Part shown: positions 46,135-56,124 of the stretch, piece after piece | Position numbering within the stretch: position 1 is the first letter of the stretch | Layout: every line of letters begins with the position of its first letter | NCBI GenBank assembly: GCA_035510795.1 | Contig: DATKGL010000028.1 | Coordinates: forward strand, 12 to 64,011 | From: Patescibacteria group bacterium | Lineage (GTDB): Bacteria; Patescibacteriota; Saccharimonadia; Saccharimonadales; UBA4665 | Reading direction: 5' to 3' | DNA: 64,000 bases | Translations under genes and position numbers: made by a program | The notes under the pieces: generated by a model | Told to the model about the DNA's origin: nothing | The model's database searches: none | Seen by the model: only the letters and a program-made list of their open reading frames with translations

Positions 46135-46764
46135 CTATTTTCCTAGCCATTCGTCGATATTTATCAATGATTTGGGGCTGATGATAATCGTATCGGCATT
46201 CATGACATCAAAAACGTTCAAATTCAGCTCCCGGACTAATTTGACTTTATGGCTGATATTTTTGGTCGAACGGCTTAATTCACGATTGATAGTATCGGCG
46301 ACAATCAAACTTGTCCCTTTGGCTCCGAGCGCAACCAGTGCCTTGACCAGATCCCCGGTTTTTCCGTGCTTCGAGTCAATGTCATTGACTAAAATCCTGT
46401 TCTCGCTGGCAGCCAAGCTGAGAGCTTGGCGCAGAGCCAACTTGCGTTGGCTTTGAGAAATATGATAGGAATAGTTTTCGTTGCCGGTTGGTCCGAAAAT
46501 GACGCCGCCACCGGCCCAAAGAGGAGTACGGCTCGATCCTACTCTCGCTCGGCCCGTACCTTTTTGGCGCCACGGCTTCCGGCCGCCGCCTCTTACCAAT
46601 CCTCGAGTTTTAGTCTTGGCATTATTCTGCCGGCCATTTGCCAAATAACTCAAATAAGCCTGTTTTAACAATTCGTGGTTGCTGGGTATAATTCCAAAAA
46701 CTGACTTATTTAGCTTAGGGGAAGCGGGAGTATTTTTTGCTGGCGTTGCGGTCTTGTTGGGCAT
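46135..46764 (-). CDS. rplD: 50S ribosomal protein L4
   Basis: TKTRGLVRGGGRKPWRQKGTGRARVGSSRTPLWAGGGVIFGP is canonical L4. The start is set at ATG 46764 (MPNKTATP), 4 nt after the rplC stop; the track start overlaps rplC. Confidence 0.93.
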   Translation of the reverse strand: MPNKTATPAKNTPASPKLNKSVFGIIPSNHELLKQAYLSYLANGRQNNAKTKTRGLVRGGGRKPWRQKGTGRARVGSSRTPLWAGGGVIFGPTGNENYSYHISQSQRKLALRQALSLAASENRILVNDIDSKHGKTGDLVKALVALGAKGTSLIVADTINRELSRSTKNISHKVKLVRELNLNVFDVMNADTIIISPKSLINIDEWLGK

Positions 46765-46768
46765 AGTT

Positions 46769-47386
46769 TTAGGCTCCCCTGACTTCGACAATCGACTGGC
46801 GCGGACCAGGTACGGCCCCCTTGACTCCAAGAACATTGTTCTCGCCATCGACTAACAATACTTTCAGGTTGCGAACGGTGACTTGTGTGTGTCCCATCTG
46901 TCCGGCCATCTTCTTACCCTTAAATATCTTCTGTGGGTACATCGAACCAATTGAGCCGGGTCGGCGATATGATTGTCCACCGTGAGTTTTGCGGCCACGA
47001 TGGAAATTATGTCGTTTAATTGTGCCCGCCCAACCCTTACCTTTACTGATACTGGTGACATTGATCAACTCGCCTACTTCAAAATCGCTGACTGTTATTT
47101 CGTCGCCGACTTTCAGCTCCGAGTCATGTTCTTTGATTCGAAATTCTCGCAAATATCGGACCTGGTGTTTAGATTTTTTTAGATGGCCGGCCTTTGATTT
47201 ACCGATTTTCGTTTTATTTAACTTCCCGGAGCCGAGCTGAATGGCGTTATAACCATCAATTTCGGTTGTCTTAATCTGGGCAACCACATTTGGCTCCGTC
47301 AAAAGCAAAGTAACAGGCTCAACGACACCATCTTTACTAATGGTGCTGGTCATCCCAACCTTGCGGGCAATCAGGGCTTTTACCAT
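46769..47386 (-). CDS. rplC: 50S ribosomal protein L3
   Basis: MVKALIARKVGMTS...KGKGWAGTIKRHNFHRGRKTHGGQSYRRPGSIGS is canonical L3. Confidence 0.96.
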   Translation of the reverse strand: MVKALIARKVGMTSTISKDGVVEPVTLLLTEPNVVAQIKTTEIDGYNAIQLGSGKLNKTKIGKSKAGHLKKSKHQVRYLREFRIKEHDSELKVGDEITVSDFEVGELINVTSISKGKGWAGTIKRHNFHRGRKTHGGQSYRRPGSIGSMYPQKIFKGKKMAGQMGHTQVTVRNLKVLLVDGENNVLGVKGAVPGPRQSIVEVRGA

Positions 47387-47401
47387 AGAGTGATTCCTGT
47401 C

Positions 47402-47419
47402 GTCAACCTTCGGGTCGAC
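47402..47419 (-). promoter_or_regulatory. stem-loop immediately 5' of the rplC ribosome-binding site
   Basis: The minus-strand RNA reads GUCGACC-CGAA-GGUUGAC (7 bp including one G:U). It is followed by GACAGGAAUCACUCUA-AUG. Confidence 0.4.
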
Positions 47420-47510
47420 ATAAAAACACTTGGCCAGAAGCGGTTTCTCTCCTTATTGGGTCAAGACCTGCGACTATGCCAAGACAAATTTTACTAAAGT
47501 ACCATAACAG

Positions 47511-47538
47511 ATTATCACGCAGTAATAACTTCTGTCAA
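47511..47538 (-). promoter_or_regulatory. candidate internal promoter between rpsJ and rplC
   Basis: On the minus strand: TTGACA (47533-47538) -N16- GATAAT (47511-47516), inside an unusual 222-bp rpsJ-rplC spacer. Confidence 0.4.
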
Positions 47539-47608
47539 TGCGTTGAAAATTTTACTATATTTTTTTGGGTGGAGATTTTCTGAATCGTTTTATTGGTGCG
47601 CGCGCTTT

Positions 47609-47950
47609 TTACATTTTTATTTCAACATCGCAACCGGCAGGCAGGCTAAGGCTCATCAGCGAATCAATGGTTTTAGGCGTCGGGTCAAATACGTCAATTA
47701 ATCGTTTATGAACGCGCATTTCGTATTGTTCTCGTGCCTTCTTGTAAACGTGAGGGCTTTTGACGACAGTGAAAACGCTTCTTTCAGTCGGTAATGGAAT
47801 CGGACCAGCCAAGCTGGCGCCGGTTCTTAGAGCAGTATCTATAATTTGCTTGGCAGCTTGGTCGATAACCTTATGGTCATAGGCTTTTAATCTAATTCTT
47901 ATACGCTGCTTGCTATCAACTTTCTTAGGTGCTGCGATTTTTTCTGGCAT
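47609..47950 (-). CDS. rpsJ: 30S ribosomal protein S10
   Basis: [42 protein letters not shown]...[23 protein letters not shown] is canonical S10. Confidence 0.96.
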   Translation of the reverse strand: MPEKIAAPKKVDSKQRIRIRLKAYDHKVIDQAAKQIIDTALRTGASLAGPIPLPTERSVFTVVKSPHVYKKAREQYEMRVHKRLIDVFDPTPKTIDSLMSLSLPAGCDVEIKM

Positions 47951-47989
47951 ATTTGTAGTTTATCTGAAAAATTTATGTAACAATTCCGG

Positions 47990-49174
47990 CTACTTGTCTA
48001 TTTTAGTAACAACCCCGGCACCTACTGTTCGGCCGCCTTCGCGGATTGCAAAATGCAACCCCTGGTCCATGGCGATTGGGGCAAGTAGTTTAACTTTGAA
48101 TGTAATTGTATCGCCAGGCATGACCATTTCTTTGTCGGCTGGCAGTTCAACTTCGCCCGTGACGTCAGTTGTGCGGAAATAGAATTGCGGCTTATAACCT
48201 TTGAAAAACGGAGTGTGCCGTCCGCCCTCTTCCTTGGTGAGGATGTAGACTTCTGACTCAAATTCAGTATGAGGAGTTATCGAGCCTGTTTTGGCGACGA
48301 CTTGTCCGCGCTCGATATCTTCTCGTTCAATTCCTCGCAGCAAGATACCGACATTATCACCAGCTTGGCCCTGATCCAGGCTTTTCTTAAACATTTCTAC
48401 GCCGGTTACGACACTTTTAGTAGTCGGTCGGATGCCGACGATCTCAACGTCATCGTTAACCTTTATGATCCCCTGTTCGATTCTTCCCGTGGCAACAGTT
48501 CCGCGGCCTTTAATCGAGAAGACATCTTCAATCGGCATCAAAAACGGTTTATCTAAAACTCGCTTCGGCTCGGGAATGTAGTCATCCATAGCCTTAAGCA
48601 GCTCCATGACGGCATCTTCGTTGGCAGCATCGCCAGCAAGGGCTTTGGTGGCAGAACCTCGGATAATAGGGGCATTGCGGTCAAATTCGTTCTTAGCCAG
48701 CAAGTCTCTGATTTCCTCTTCAACTAATTCAACTAGTTCGGGATCAGCGAGGTCCATCTTGTTTAGGAAGACTAGTATTGACGGTACACCGACTTGTCTT
48801 GCCAGCAAAACGTGCTCGCGGGTCTGAGGCATAGGACCGTCAGCTGCGGAAACAACCAAAATCGCGCCATCAATTTGAGCGGCGCCGGTAATCATATTTT
48901 TGACGTAGTCGGCGTGACCAGGCATATCAACGTGGGCATAGTGTCTTTTTTCGGTCTCGTACTCTTGGTGAGAAGTAGCAATGGTAATTCCACGCTGCTT
49001 TTCTTCAGGAGCTTTGTCGATTTCGTCGTATTTAACAGGTTTGTTGATTGAGCTCGGCAACCTTTTAGCCAAGACGTGGGTTATGGCAGCCGTTAAGGTT
49101 GTTTTCCCATGATCAACATGTCCTATTGTTCCAACATTAACATGAGGTTTACTTCGGTCGAATTTCTCTGCCAT
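47990..49174 (-). CDS. tuf: elongation factor Tu
   Basis: [32 protein letters not shown] and NKMDL are present. 394 aa. Confidence 0.98.
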   Translation of the reverse strand: MAEKFDRSKPHVNVGTIGHVDHGKTTLTAAITHVLAKRLPSSINKPVKYDEIDKAPEEKQRGITIATSHQEYETEKRHYAHVDMPGHADYVKNMITGAAQIDGAILVVSAADGPMPQTREHVLLARQVGVPSILVFLNKMDLADPELVELVEEEIRDLLAKNEFDRNAPIIRGSATKALAGDAANEDAVMELLKAMDDYIPEPKRVLDKPFLMPIEDVFSIKGRGTVATGRIEQGIIKVNDDVEIVGIRPTTKSVVTGVEMFKKSLDQGQAGDNVGILLRGIEREDIERGQVVAKTGSITPHTEFESEVYILTKEEGGRHTPFFKGYKPQFYFRTTDVTGEVELPADKEMVMPGDTITFKVKLLAPIAMDQGLHFAIREGGRTVGAGVVTKIDK

Positions 49175-49250
49175 TTACTTGTGACTCCTATTAGTTAAAT
49201 TGATCGGATGATCAGCATGAGTATAATATACCCGCACTTATTACCCTAGA

Positions 49251-49279
49251 ATTATAGAGAATTATCCCCAGTTTGTAAA
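49251..49279 (-). promoter_or_regulatory. candidate tuf promoter in the fusA-tuf spacer
   Basis: On the minus strand: TTTACA (49274-49279) -N17- TATAAT (49251-49256), about 75 nt upstream of the tuf ATG. An AGGAG RBS precedes the start. Confidence 0.45.
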
Positions 49280-49284
49280 GATGG

Positions 49285-51372
49285 CTACTTGCTGTTCTTA
49301 GCTATGATTGCGTTAGCCACATTGCCCGGCATATCGGCGTAGTGATCAAGTTCCATGGATGAGCTCGCCCGACCCTGAGTCATACTTCTAAGATTTGTGG
49401 TATAACCGAACATTTCTCCGAGAGGAACAAAAGCAGTTATTTCCTTAATGCCTGGGCTCAGGTCTTCCATTGATTCAATCCTGCCGCGCTTACTATTCAA
49501 GTCGCCGATAACATCACCCATAAAACTCTCAGGAGTTACTACGACAATTTTCATGATAGGCTCCAGCAGAACCGGCTGGGACTTTTTAACTCCGTCCTGC
49601 AGAGCGATGGAGCCGGCAATCTTAAAGGCCAGTTCGGATGAGTCGACATCGTGATAGCTGCCGTCGTACAACTCAGTCTTAACATCGACAACTGGATAAC
49701 CGGCAATAACACCGTTGCTCATAGCTTCCTCAATACCGGCTTTGACGGCTGGAATAAATTCACTGGGGATGACACCGCCCCTGATGGAGTTGATAAATTC
49801 AAAACCTTTTCCTGGCTCATTTTGACTAAGCCGTAACCAGACGTCGCCATATTGACCGCGGCCGCCACTTTGACGAATGAATTTTCCCTGAACCTCTACG
49901 CCGTCTCGGCGGATAGTCTCCCGATAAGCTACTTGCGGCTCACCGACATTCGCTTCAACGTTAAATTCGCGCTTCATCCGGTCAACAATTATTTCAAGGT
50001 GCAATTCGCCCATGCCGCGGATGATAGTTTGGCCGGTTTCATGATCGACGCGAATCCGGAAAGTCGGATCTTCCTCGGCTAACCGCTGCAAAGCCAGGCT
50101 CATTTTTTCCTGGTCGGCTTTAGTTTTTGGTTCAATTGCGATTGATACCGGCGGATCGGGAAAAGTAATGCTTTCCAAGACAATTGGGTGCCCGATATCA
50201 CAAACTGTATTGCCGGTGGTCGTACCTTTAAGTCCGACAATTGCCGCTATGTCGCCGGCTCCGACCGATACGACATCTTCGCGCTTATCAGCCTGCATAC
50301 GAACGATACGGCCAACCCGCTCTCTCTCGCCAGTCGAGGAATTAAGGACGTAGCTGCCGGCGTTCAGCTTACCAGCATAAACTCGGAAGTAAGCCAATTT
50401 ACCGACAAACGGGTCGGTAGCAATTTTAAAGGCCAGGCTGGTGAACGGTTCGTTTTCGTCCGGTTTTCGTTCAATCTCATCACCAGTCTTAGGATTTACT
50501 CCCCACGTTGAGCCACGGTCCACCGGACTGGGCAAATAGTCATTAACATCATCAAGTAGTTTTTCGACAATCACACCGCGGCCATCGCCGCCCGAAACAG
50601 CAAAAAACTTCCCGCTCAGCACAGCTGACCGGATAGCTTTTCGAATGTCTGCTTCGCTTAGACCCTCTTCGCCTACTTCGAAATATTTTTCTAGGACAGT
50701 TTCGTCCTCTGCGACTGCATTTTCAATCAGCAGACTTCGGTAACGTTTAACATCATCTATCATTCCGGACGGAATCTCTGCTTCAACTAATTCGTGATCG
50801 GTAAATTCCTTATAGGTGAAGGCCTTGAGGCTGACCAGATCGACGATGCCGTTGACGCTTTGCTCGAATCCTATTGGTAAGTGAATCGGGAAGGCTTGTT
50901 TGCTTAATCGGTGGTGAATACTCTCAAGCGATTTATAAAAGTCGCCGCCGGTTTGATTAATTTTATTTATGAAACACAGCCTTGGTACGCCATACTTGTC
51001 CGCTTGGCGCCAGACTGTTTCGCTCTGCGACTCGACACCCATTTTGCCGTCAAAAACTACTACCGCGCCGTCAAGAACTCTAAGACTACGTTCGACTTCG
51101 ACCGTAAAGTCGATATGCCCCGGTGTATCAATAATATTGATTTGGTGGTTTTTCCAATAACAAGTTACCGCCGCTGAAACAATTGTTATGCCGCGCTCGC
51201 GTTCCTGTGCCATCCAGTCGGTTACGGTCTCGCCATCGTCGACCGTGCCGATTTTATGCCTTAAGCCAGTACGATATAAAATTCCTTCGGTTGTGGTTGT
51301 TTTGCCGGCGTCAATATGGGCAATAATTCCAATATTACGAATCTTCTCTAGAGGATATCTATTTTCGGCCAT
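49285..51372 (-). CDS. fusA: elongation factor G
   Basis: IRNIGIIAHIDAGKTTTTE, DTPGHIDF and NKINQ are present, and domains II-V are complete. 695 aa. Confidence 0.97.
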   Translation of the reverse strand: MAENRYPLEKIRNIGIIAHIDAGKTTTTEGILYRTGLRHKIGTVDDGETVTDWMAQERERGITIVSAAVTCYWKNHQINIIDTPGHIDFTVEVERSLRVLDGAVVVFDGKMGVESQSETVWRQADKYGVPRLCFINKINQTGGDFYKSLESIHHRLSKQAFPIHLPIGFEQSVNGIVDLVSLKAFTYKEFTDHELVEAEIPSGMIDDVKRYRSLLIENAVAEDETVLEKYFEVGEEGLSEADIRKAIRSAVLSGKFFAVSGGDGRGVIVEKLLDDVNDYLPSPVDRGSTWGVNPKTGDEIERKPDENEPFTSLAFKIATDPFVGKLAYFRVYAGKLNAGSYVLNSSTGERERVGRIVRMQADKREDVVSVGAGDIAAIVGLKGTTTGNTVCDIGHPIVLESITFPDPPVSIAIEPKTKADQEKMSLALQRLAEEDPTFRIRVDHETGQTIIRGMGELHLEIIVDRMKREFNVEANVGEPQVAYRETIRRDGVEVQGKFIRQSGGRGQYGDVWLRLSQNEPGKGFEFINSIRGGVIPSEFIPAVKAGIEEAMSNGVIAGYPVVDVKTELYDGSYHDVDSSELAFKIAGSIALQDGVKKSQPVLLEPIMKIVVVTPESFMGDVIGDLNSKRGRIESMEDLSPGIKEITAFVPLGEMFGYTTNLRSMTQGRASSSMELDHYADMPGNVANAIIAKNSK

Positions 51373-51384
51373 GATATTTATTTT

Positions 51385-51864
51385 CTAAAAGCGGGCAAAA
51401 TGAGCAAACGCTCGGTTAGCTTCAGCCATTTTATGGGTATCTTCTTTTTTCTTAACTGCCGACCCTTGATTGTTATAAGCATCAACCAGCTCAGCTGCAA
51501 TCCGATCGGCCATACCTACACCACTCCTTGCTCTGCAAGCCTGGACAAACCACATTGTTGTAAGGTGGTTTTGCCTTTGGCCTTTAACCTCAAAGGGAAT
51601 CTGATAATTAGCGCCGCCGATACGTCGGGAACGAGTTTCCAGATGCGGCTGAATATTCTTAAATGCCTGCTCAAAAACTACCAGCGGATTCTGTACTTTT
51701 AGTTTATCGGCCGCCTTTTGCATTCCATCGTAAACTATCCGCTCGGCTAGTTGCTTCTTGCCGTCGAGCATAACCCGATTAATTAATCTCTGGACCTGAA
51801 CGTTGTCGTAAATCCTGTCTGGCGGAATATCCCTAACTAGTGACTTGGTCTTTTTACGCGGCAT
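51385..51864 (-). CDS. rpsG: 30S ribosomal protein S7
   Basis: MPRKKT...DGKKQLAERIVY...ANRAFAHFRF-type C-terminus (EANRAFAHFARF). 159 aa. Confidence 0.96.
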   Translation of the reverse strand: MPRKKTKSLVRDIPPDRIYDNVQVQRLINRVMLDGKKQLAERIVYDGMQKAADKLKVQNPLVVFEQAFKNIQPHLETRSRRIGGANYQIPFEVKGQRQNHLTTMWFVQACRARSGVGMADRIAAELVDAYNNQGSAVKKKEDTHKMAEANRAFAHFARF

Positions 51865-52277
51865 TACTTGCTACCTTTTTTAGCGCCGTACTTTGAGCGG
51901 CCGTTTTTGCGACCGGCAACACCTTGTAGGTCGAGGCTTCCCCGGACGATGTGATATCTAACGCCCGGTAAATCCTTTACTCGGCCTCCGCGCACCAAAA
52001 CGACTGCGTGCTCCTGTAAATTATGTCCTTCGCCACCGATGTACGCCCAGGCCTCATAGCCATTCGTCAAACGTACACGGGCAACTTTTCGCAGTGCCGA
52101 ATTCGGTTTTTTCGGGGTCTTGGTAGTCACCTTGATGCAAACGCCTCTCTTCAACGGAGAGTGCTTTTCATAGTTAATATTCTTCAGATTATTAGTAACA
52201 CGAAGCAGAGCCGGAGATTTAGTTTTGTGAGTGACTTTAGTCCGTGGTTTACGTATTAGTTGGTTAATGGTCGGCAT
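51864..52277 (-). CDS. rpsL: 30S ribosomal protein S12
   Basis: [12 protein letters not shown]...[58 protein letters not shown] is canonical S12. Confidence 0.97.
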   Translation of the reverse strand: MPTINQLIRKPRTKVTHKTKSPALLRVTNNLKNINYEKHSPLKRGVCIKVTTKTPKKPNSALRKVARVRLTNGYEAWAYIGGEGHNLQEHAVVLVRGGRVKDLPGVRYHIVRGSLDLQGVAGRKNGRSKYGAKKGSK

Positions 52278-52300
52278 GGTTGATTACTTTAACATCCCTA

Positions 52301-55300
52301 TTATTCTTCGTCAATTACAGGTACGTCAAGAGCCCGTGGAAGATTGCCGCCGAAGCCTGTCCCCACCGGAATCTTTCGACCCAGTATTACATTTTCTTTC
52401 AAACCATAAAGACGGTCTATTTTACCGCTAGTGGCAGCACCTATAAGCACTCTTGTGGTATCCTGGAACGATGCGGCGCTCAAAAATGAGTCGGTGCTAA
52501 GGCTGGCTTTGGTAATACCAAGCAACAACTGGCTAAACTGAGCCGGGTGTTTCTTATTCTTCACGATGTGCGTATTGGCTTCCATGACAGCAACCTTGCT
52601 AGCAATATCGCCAGTAACGAATTCGCTGTCACCCGGATCTTCAATTTGGACACGACTGAACATCTGCCGGACAATTATCTCAAGATGCTTATCGGCAATA
52701 TTTTGACCTTGGGATGCAAAAATTTTGAGAATCTCATTCATGATGTAACGCTGGGTTGATTCAACACCCTGAAGTCGCATTAGATCATGAAGATTAATTG
52801 ATCCGCTTGTCAGCCTTTGGCCGGCAATCACAGTATCGCCATCAGTAGTCAGTAGCCGCTTAAACCCAGGAATCTCGTAGCGCAAAGAATTCTTTTCTTT
52901 GACCGGCACGATGATTATCGCCTTGTCGGTTATTTCGGCATGCCCGGAAATTGGTGCCAGTAATTGATTTATGCCGTGCTTGTCTGTAGCCAGAATATCT
53001 CCGACACCAATATCTGTGCCACTGGCAATTTTCGCTATCCGGCCGTCAAGCGGTACCGTAATTTTCTTCTTGCTGTCAGAAGTTATTTGGACGACGTAGT
53101 GATCACCTTCTTCCCAAACATTAGCCGTACCGGCAATGTCGGCAAGATAGGCCTGACCTTTTGGCGTCCGGGCTTCGAATAACTCTTCGACACGGCTCAA
53201 ACCTTCAGCTGTGTCATCGGCCAAAACGGCGCCTGAACGGTGTTTTGAGTCAAGCGAGAGCTGAGTACCCGGTTCACCGATACTCTGGGCAGCAATGACG
53301 CCTATAGGATGGTGGTTTGCCACCAGCAAGCCGGTTGCCGGATCCAATCCGTAGGCTTTCTGCTGGACTCCGCGGGAAGTACTTGAACTGAGCAGGCTCA
53401 TTATTTTAGCGTTGTCAATTTTCATATCATCGTTAATTTTTTGGGCAGCATCCGGCGTAATTAATTCGCCTCTACGTACGTACTTTCCGATGTCTTCAGC
53501 CGCAAATCGGCCTTCCAGTCTCGATGAGTACGGAATACCGACTTCTTCAGCATCAGACCGAAGCATAGCGAAACCGAGATCCTCAAGCTCTTCATCAATC
53601 GTAAATACATCTTGAGCGACATCAACCAGCCGTCGAGTCAGATAGCCGGCATCAGCGGTCTTGAGGGCGATATCAATAATAGCCTTCCTGGTTCCGCGGG
53701 TTGCCGTAAAGTATTCCAGCTGAGTTAACCCATGGCTATAACCAGATGTAACGGGCAATTCGATGGGCTGTCCAGATGCATCAGAGAAAACACCGAGCAT
53801 CCCGACACACATTTTCATTTGCGAGATATTCCCTCGAGCACCTGACGTGATAGCGACCGCCATAGATGACTCTTCAGTCTCCATCTGCTTGGCGAGAATG
53901 TTCTGAACCCGGCTGTCGATTTTAGTCCATGTTTCAACTGTTAAACGATACCGTTCGCCTTCGGTGATAAAACCTTGGTCAAATTGCTCACTGATAGCAG
54001 TTGTTGCCGCTTCGCCTTCGGCAATAAGCTCATCCAGACCCTGAATCTTACTAAAGTCGGACATACCAATCGACAGACCGGAAATCGTAGCATATTCAAA
54101 ACCCAAATCTTTAAGGTCGTCGGCGATTTCGGCGGTTATGTCCGAACCGTACTTTTGGTAGACCCGGGCCATTACTTGCTGTAATCGCTTCTTAGTCATT
54201 ACTTCGTTATAAAAATGAAAATCTTCCGGGAAAATCTCGTTGAACAGCAGGCGGCCAAGAGTAGTTTCACGGACTTCGCCGCGGAAAGGTACTCTAATGA
54301 AGTTTTGTAGCTTTATAACTCCGTTGTTGAGAGCCATTATGGCTTCGTCGATACTTATATACGAATTAAGCTTTTCCGGTCGGACGATAGAAGTCCGTTC
54401 ATAGGTCAGGTAGTAACAGCCTAAGACAATGTCTTGTTCGATATGAAGAATCGGTGAGCCATCGGCTGGCTTCAAAAGATTGTGGTTGGCGGCCATGATT
54501 TCTTTAGCTTCAAGCTGTGCCTCGTCGCTTAATGGTAGGTGAACAGCCATTTGGTCGCCATCGAAATCGGCGTTAAATCCTTTACAGACCAGTGGATGGA
54601 GCTGGATAGCCCTTCCCTCAATGAGAACCGGCTGAAAGGCTTGAATGCTTAAACGGTGCAAACTTGGAGCGCGGTTCAGCAATACGTATTTGCCCCGAAT
54701 AACTTCATCCAAAGCATCCCAAACGGCTGTTTCGCCGGTTTCAATCATACGACTAGCGGACCGGATATTGTGGGCTTGATCGCGAATAATGAGTTCACCG
54801 ATTACGAACGGCTTAAACAACTCCAGAGCCATCATTTTCGGAATACCGCATTGATGAATTTTTAGTTCCGGGCCTGAGACAATAACCGAGCGGCCAGAAT
54901 AATCAACGCGCTTACCCAACAAGTTCTGGCGGAAGCGTCCTTGTTTGCCTTTGAGCATATCGCTGAGCGATTTCAGTCGTCGGCGCTGGCCGGTGGCTGC
55001 GACAGCTCGTCCGCCACGGGCATTATTATTATCGATTAGGGCATCAACAGCTTCCTGGAGCATCCTCTGCTCGTTGCGCCGGATAACTTCTGGGGCATTA
55101 AGCTCGATCAATTTTTTCAGGCGGTTATTGCGGTTAATGACACGACGGTATAAATCGTTGAGGTCCGAGGTCGCAAATCGGCCACCGGTCAGTTGTACCA
55201 TTGGCCTTAGATCGGGCGGGATTACCGGTAGTACCGAGATGCATGTTGAGTCAGGTTTAATGCCGGCCCGCTGCATGCCTTCTAGCAGGCGTAGTCGTTT

Positions 55301-56122
55301 CATAATCTTCTTTTTGCGTTGGCCTTTAGCTACTTCTGCGTCTTCAGTCAAAACTTTAATCAGCTGCGTAAGGTCAACTTCGACCAGTAAATCTCTAAGA
55401 GCAGAACCGCCCATGCCGACCTGGATTAGCTTTTGGAATTCATCAGGCAATGAACGGTAATCGGTTTCACTGATAAGGTTTCGTTTTTCGAAGCTAATTA
55501 ACTGATCATGCTCCATCTGATAAGTGTCGACAAGCTCTTCCATTTCTTTGGTTTGCGCCTCAGCCAAAGCCTTAATATCAGCGTTTTCTGCTTGGGCTTC
55601 TTGTTCATAACGGATTTTGATGGCTTCCTTGGCCGCCTCAAACTGGGCTTCTTTATCGGCCAAAAGCTGATCGCGCTTATCGGTATCTACATTCTTGATA
55701 ATATAACTGGCGAAGTATGCCACTCGTTCCAGGTTCTTGACAGTCATGCCCAACAGCAAACCGATCGCAGATGGAGTTCCGCGCAAAAACCAAATGTGCG
55801 CAACCGGGACCGCCAGGCTGATGTGGCCCATGCGTTCTCGGCGGACAATGCTCCTGGTTACTAATTCGCCTTTTTTGTCGACAGCTGCTTCGCGGGTGCG
55901 GACGCCCTTATATTTAGCGTCATGAGGGTTAATATCTTTTACTGGACCGAAAATTCTTTCGCAAAAGAGTCCGTCGCGTTCTGGTTTTTGAGTTCGGTAA
56001 TTAATTGTTTCGGGTTTGGTGACCTCGCCATAGCTCCACTCCAAGACATCATCGGGGCTAGCTACCGCCAAGCGGACAGCATCAAAGTCGGCAATATCGG
56101 TACCGTAAGAATAATTACGCAT
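52301..56122 (-). CDS. rpoC: DNA-directed RNA polymerase subunit beta-prime (both canonical Zn-site Cys sets replaced)
   Basis: The catalytic [12 protein letters not shown], the bridge-helix and trigger-loop regions, and N-terminal [25 protein letters not shown] are present. 1273 aa. Confidence 0.97.
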   Translation of the reverse strand: [1273 protein letters not shown]

Positions 56123-56124
56123 AG

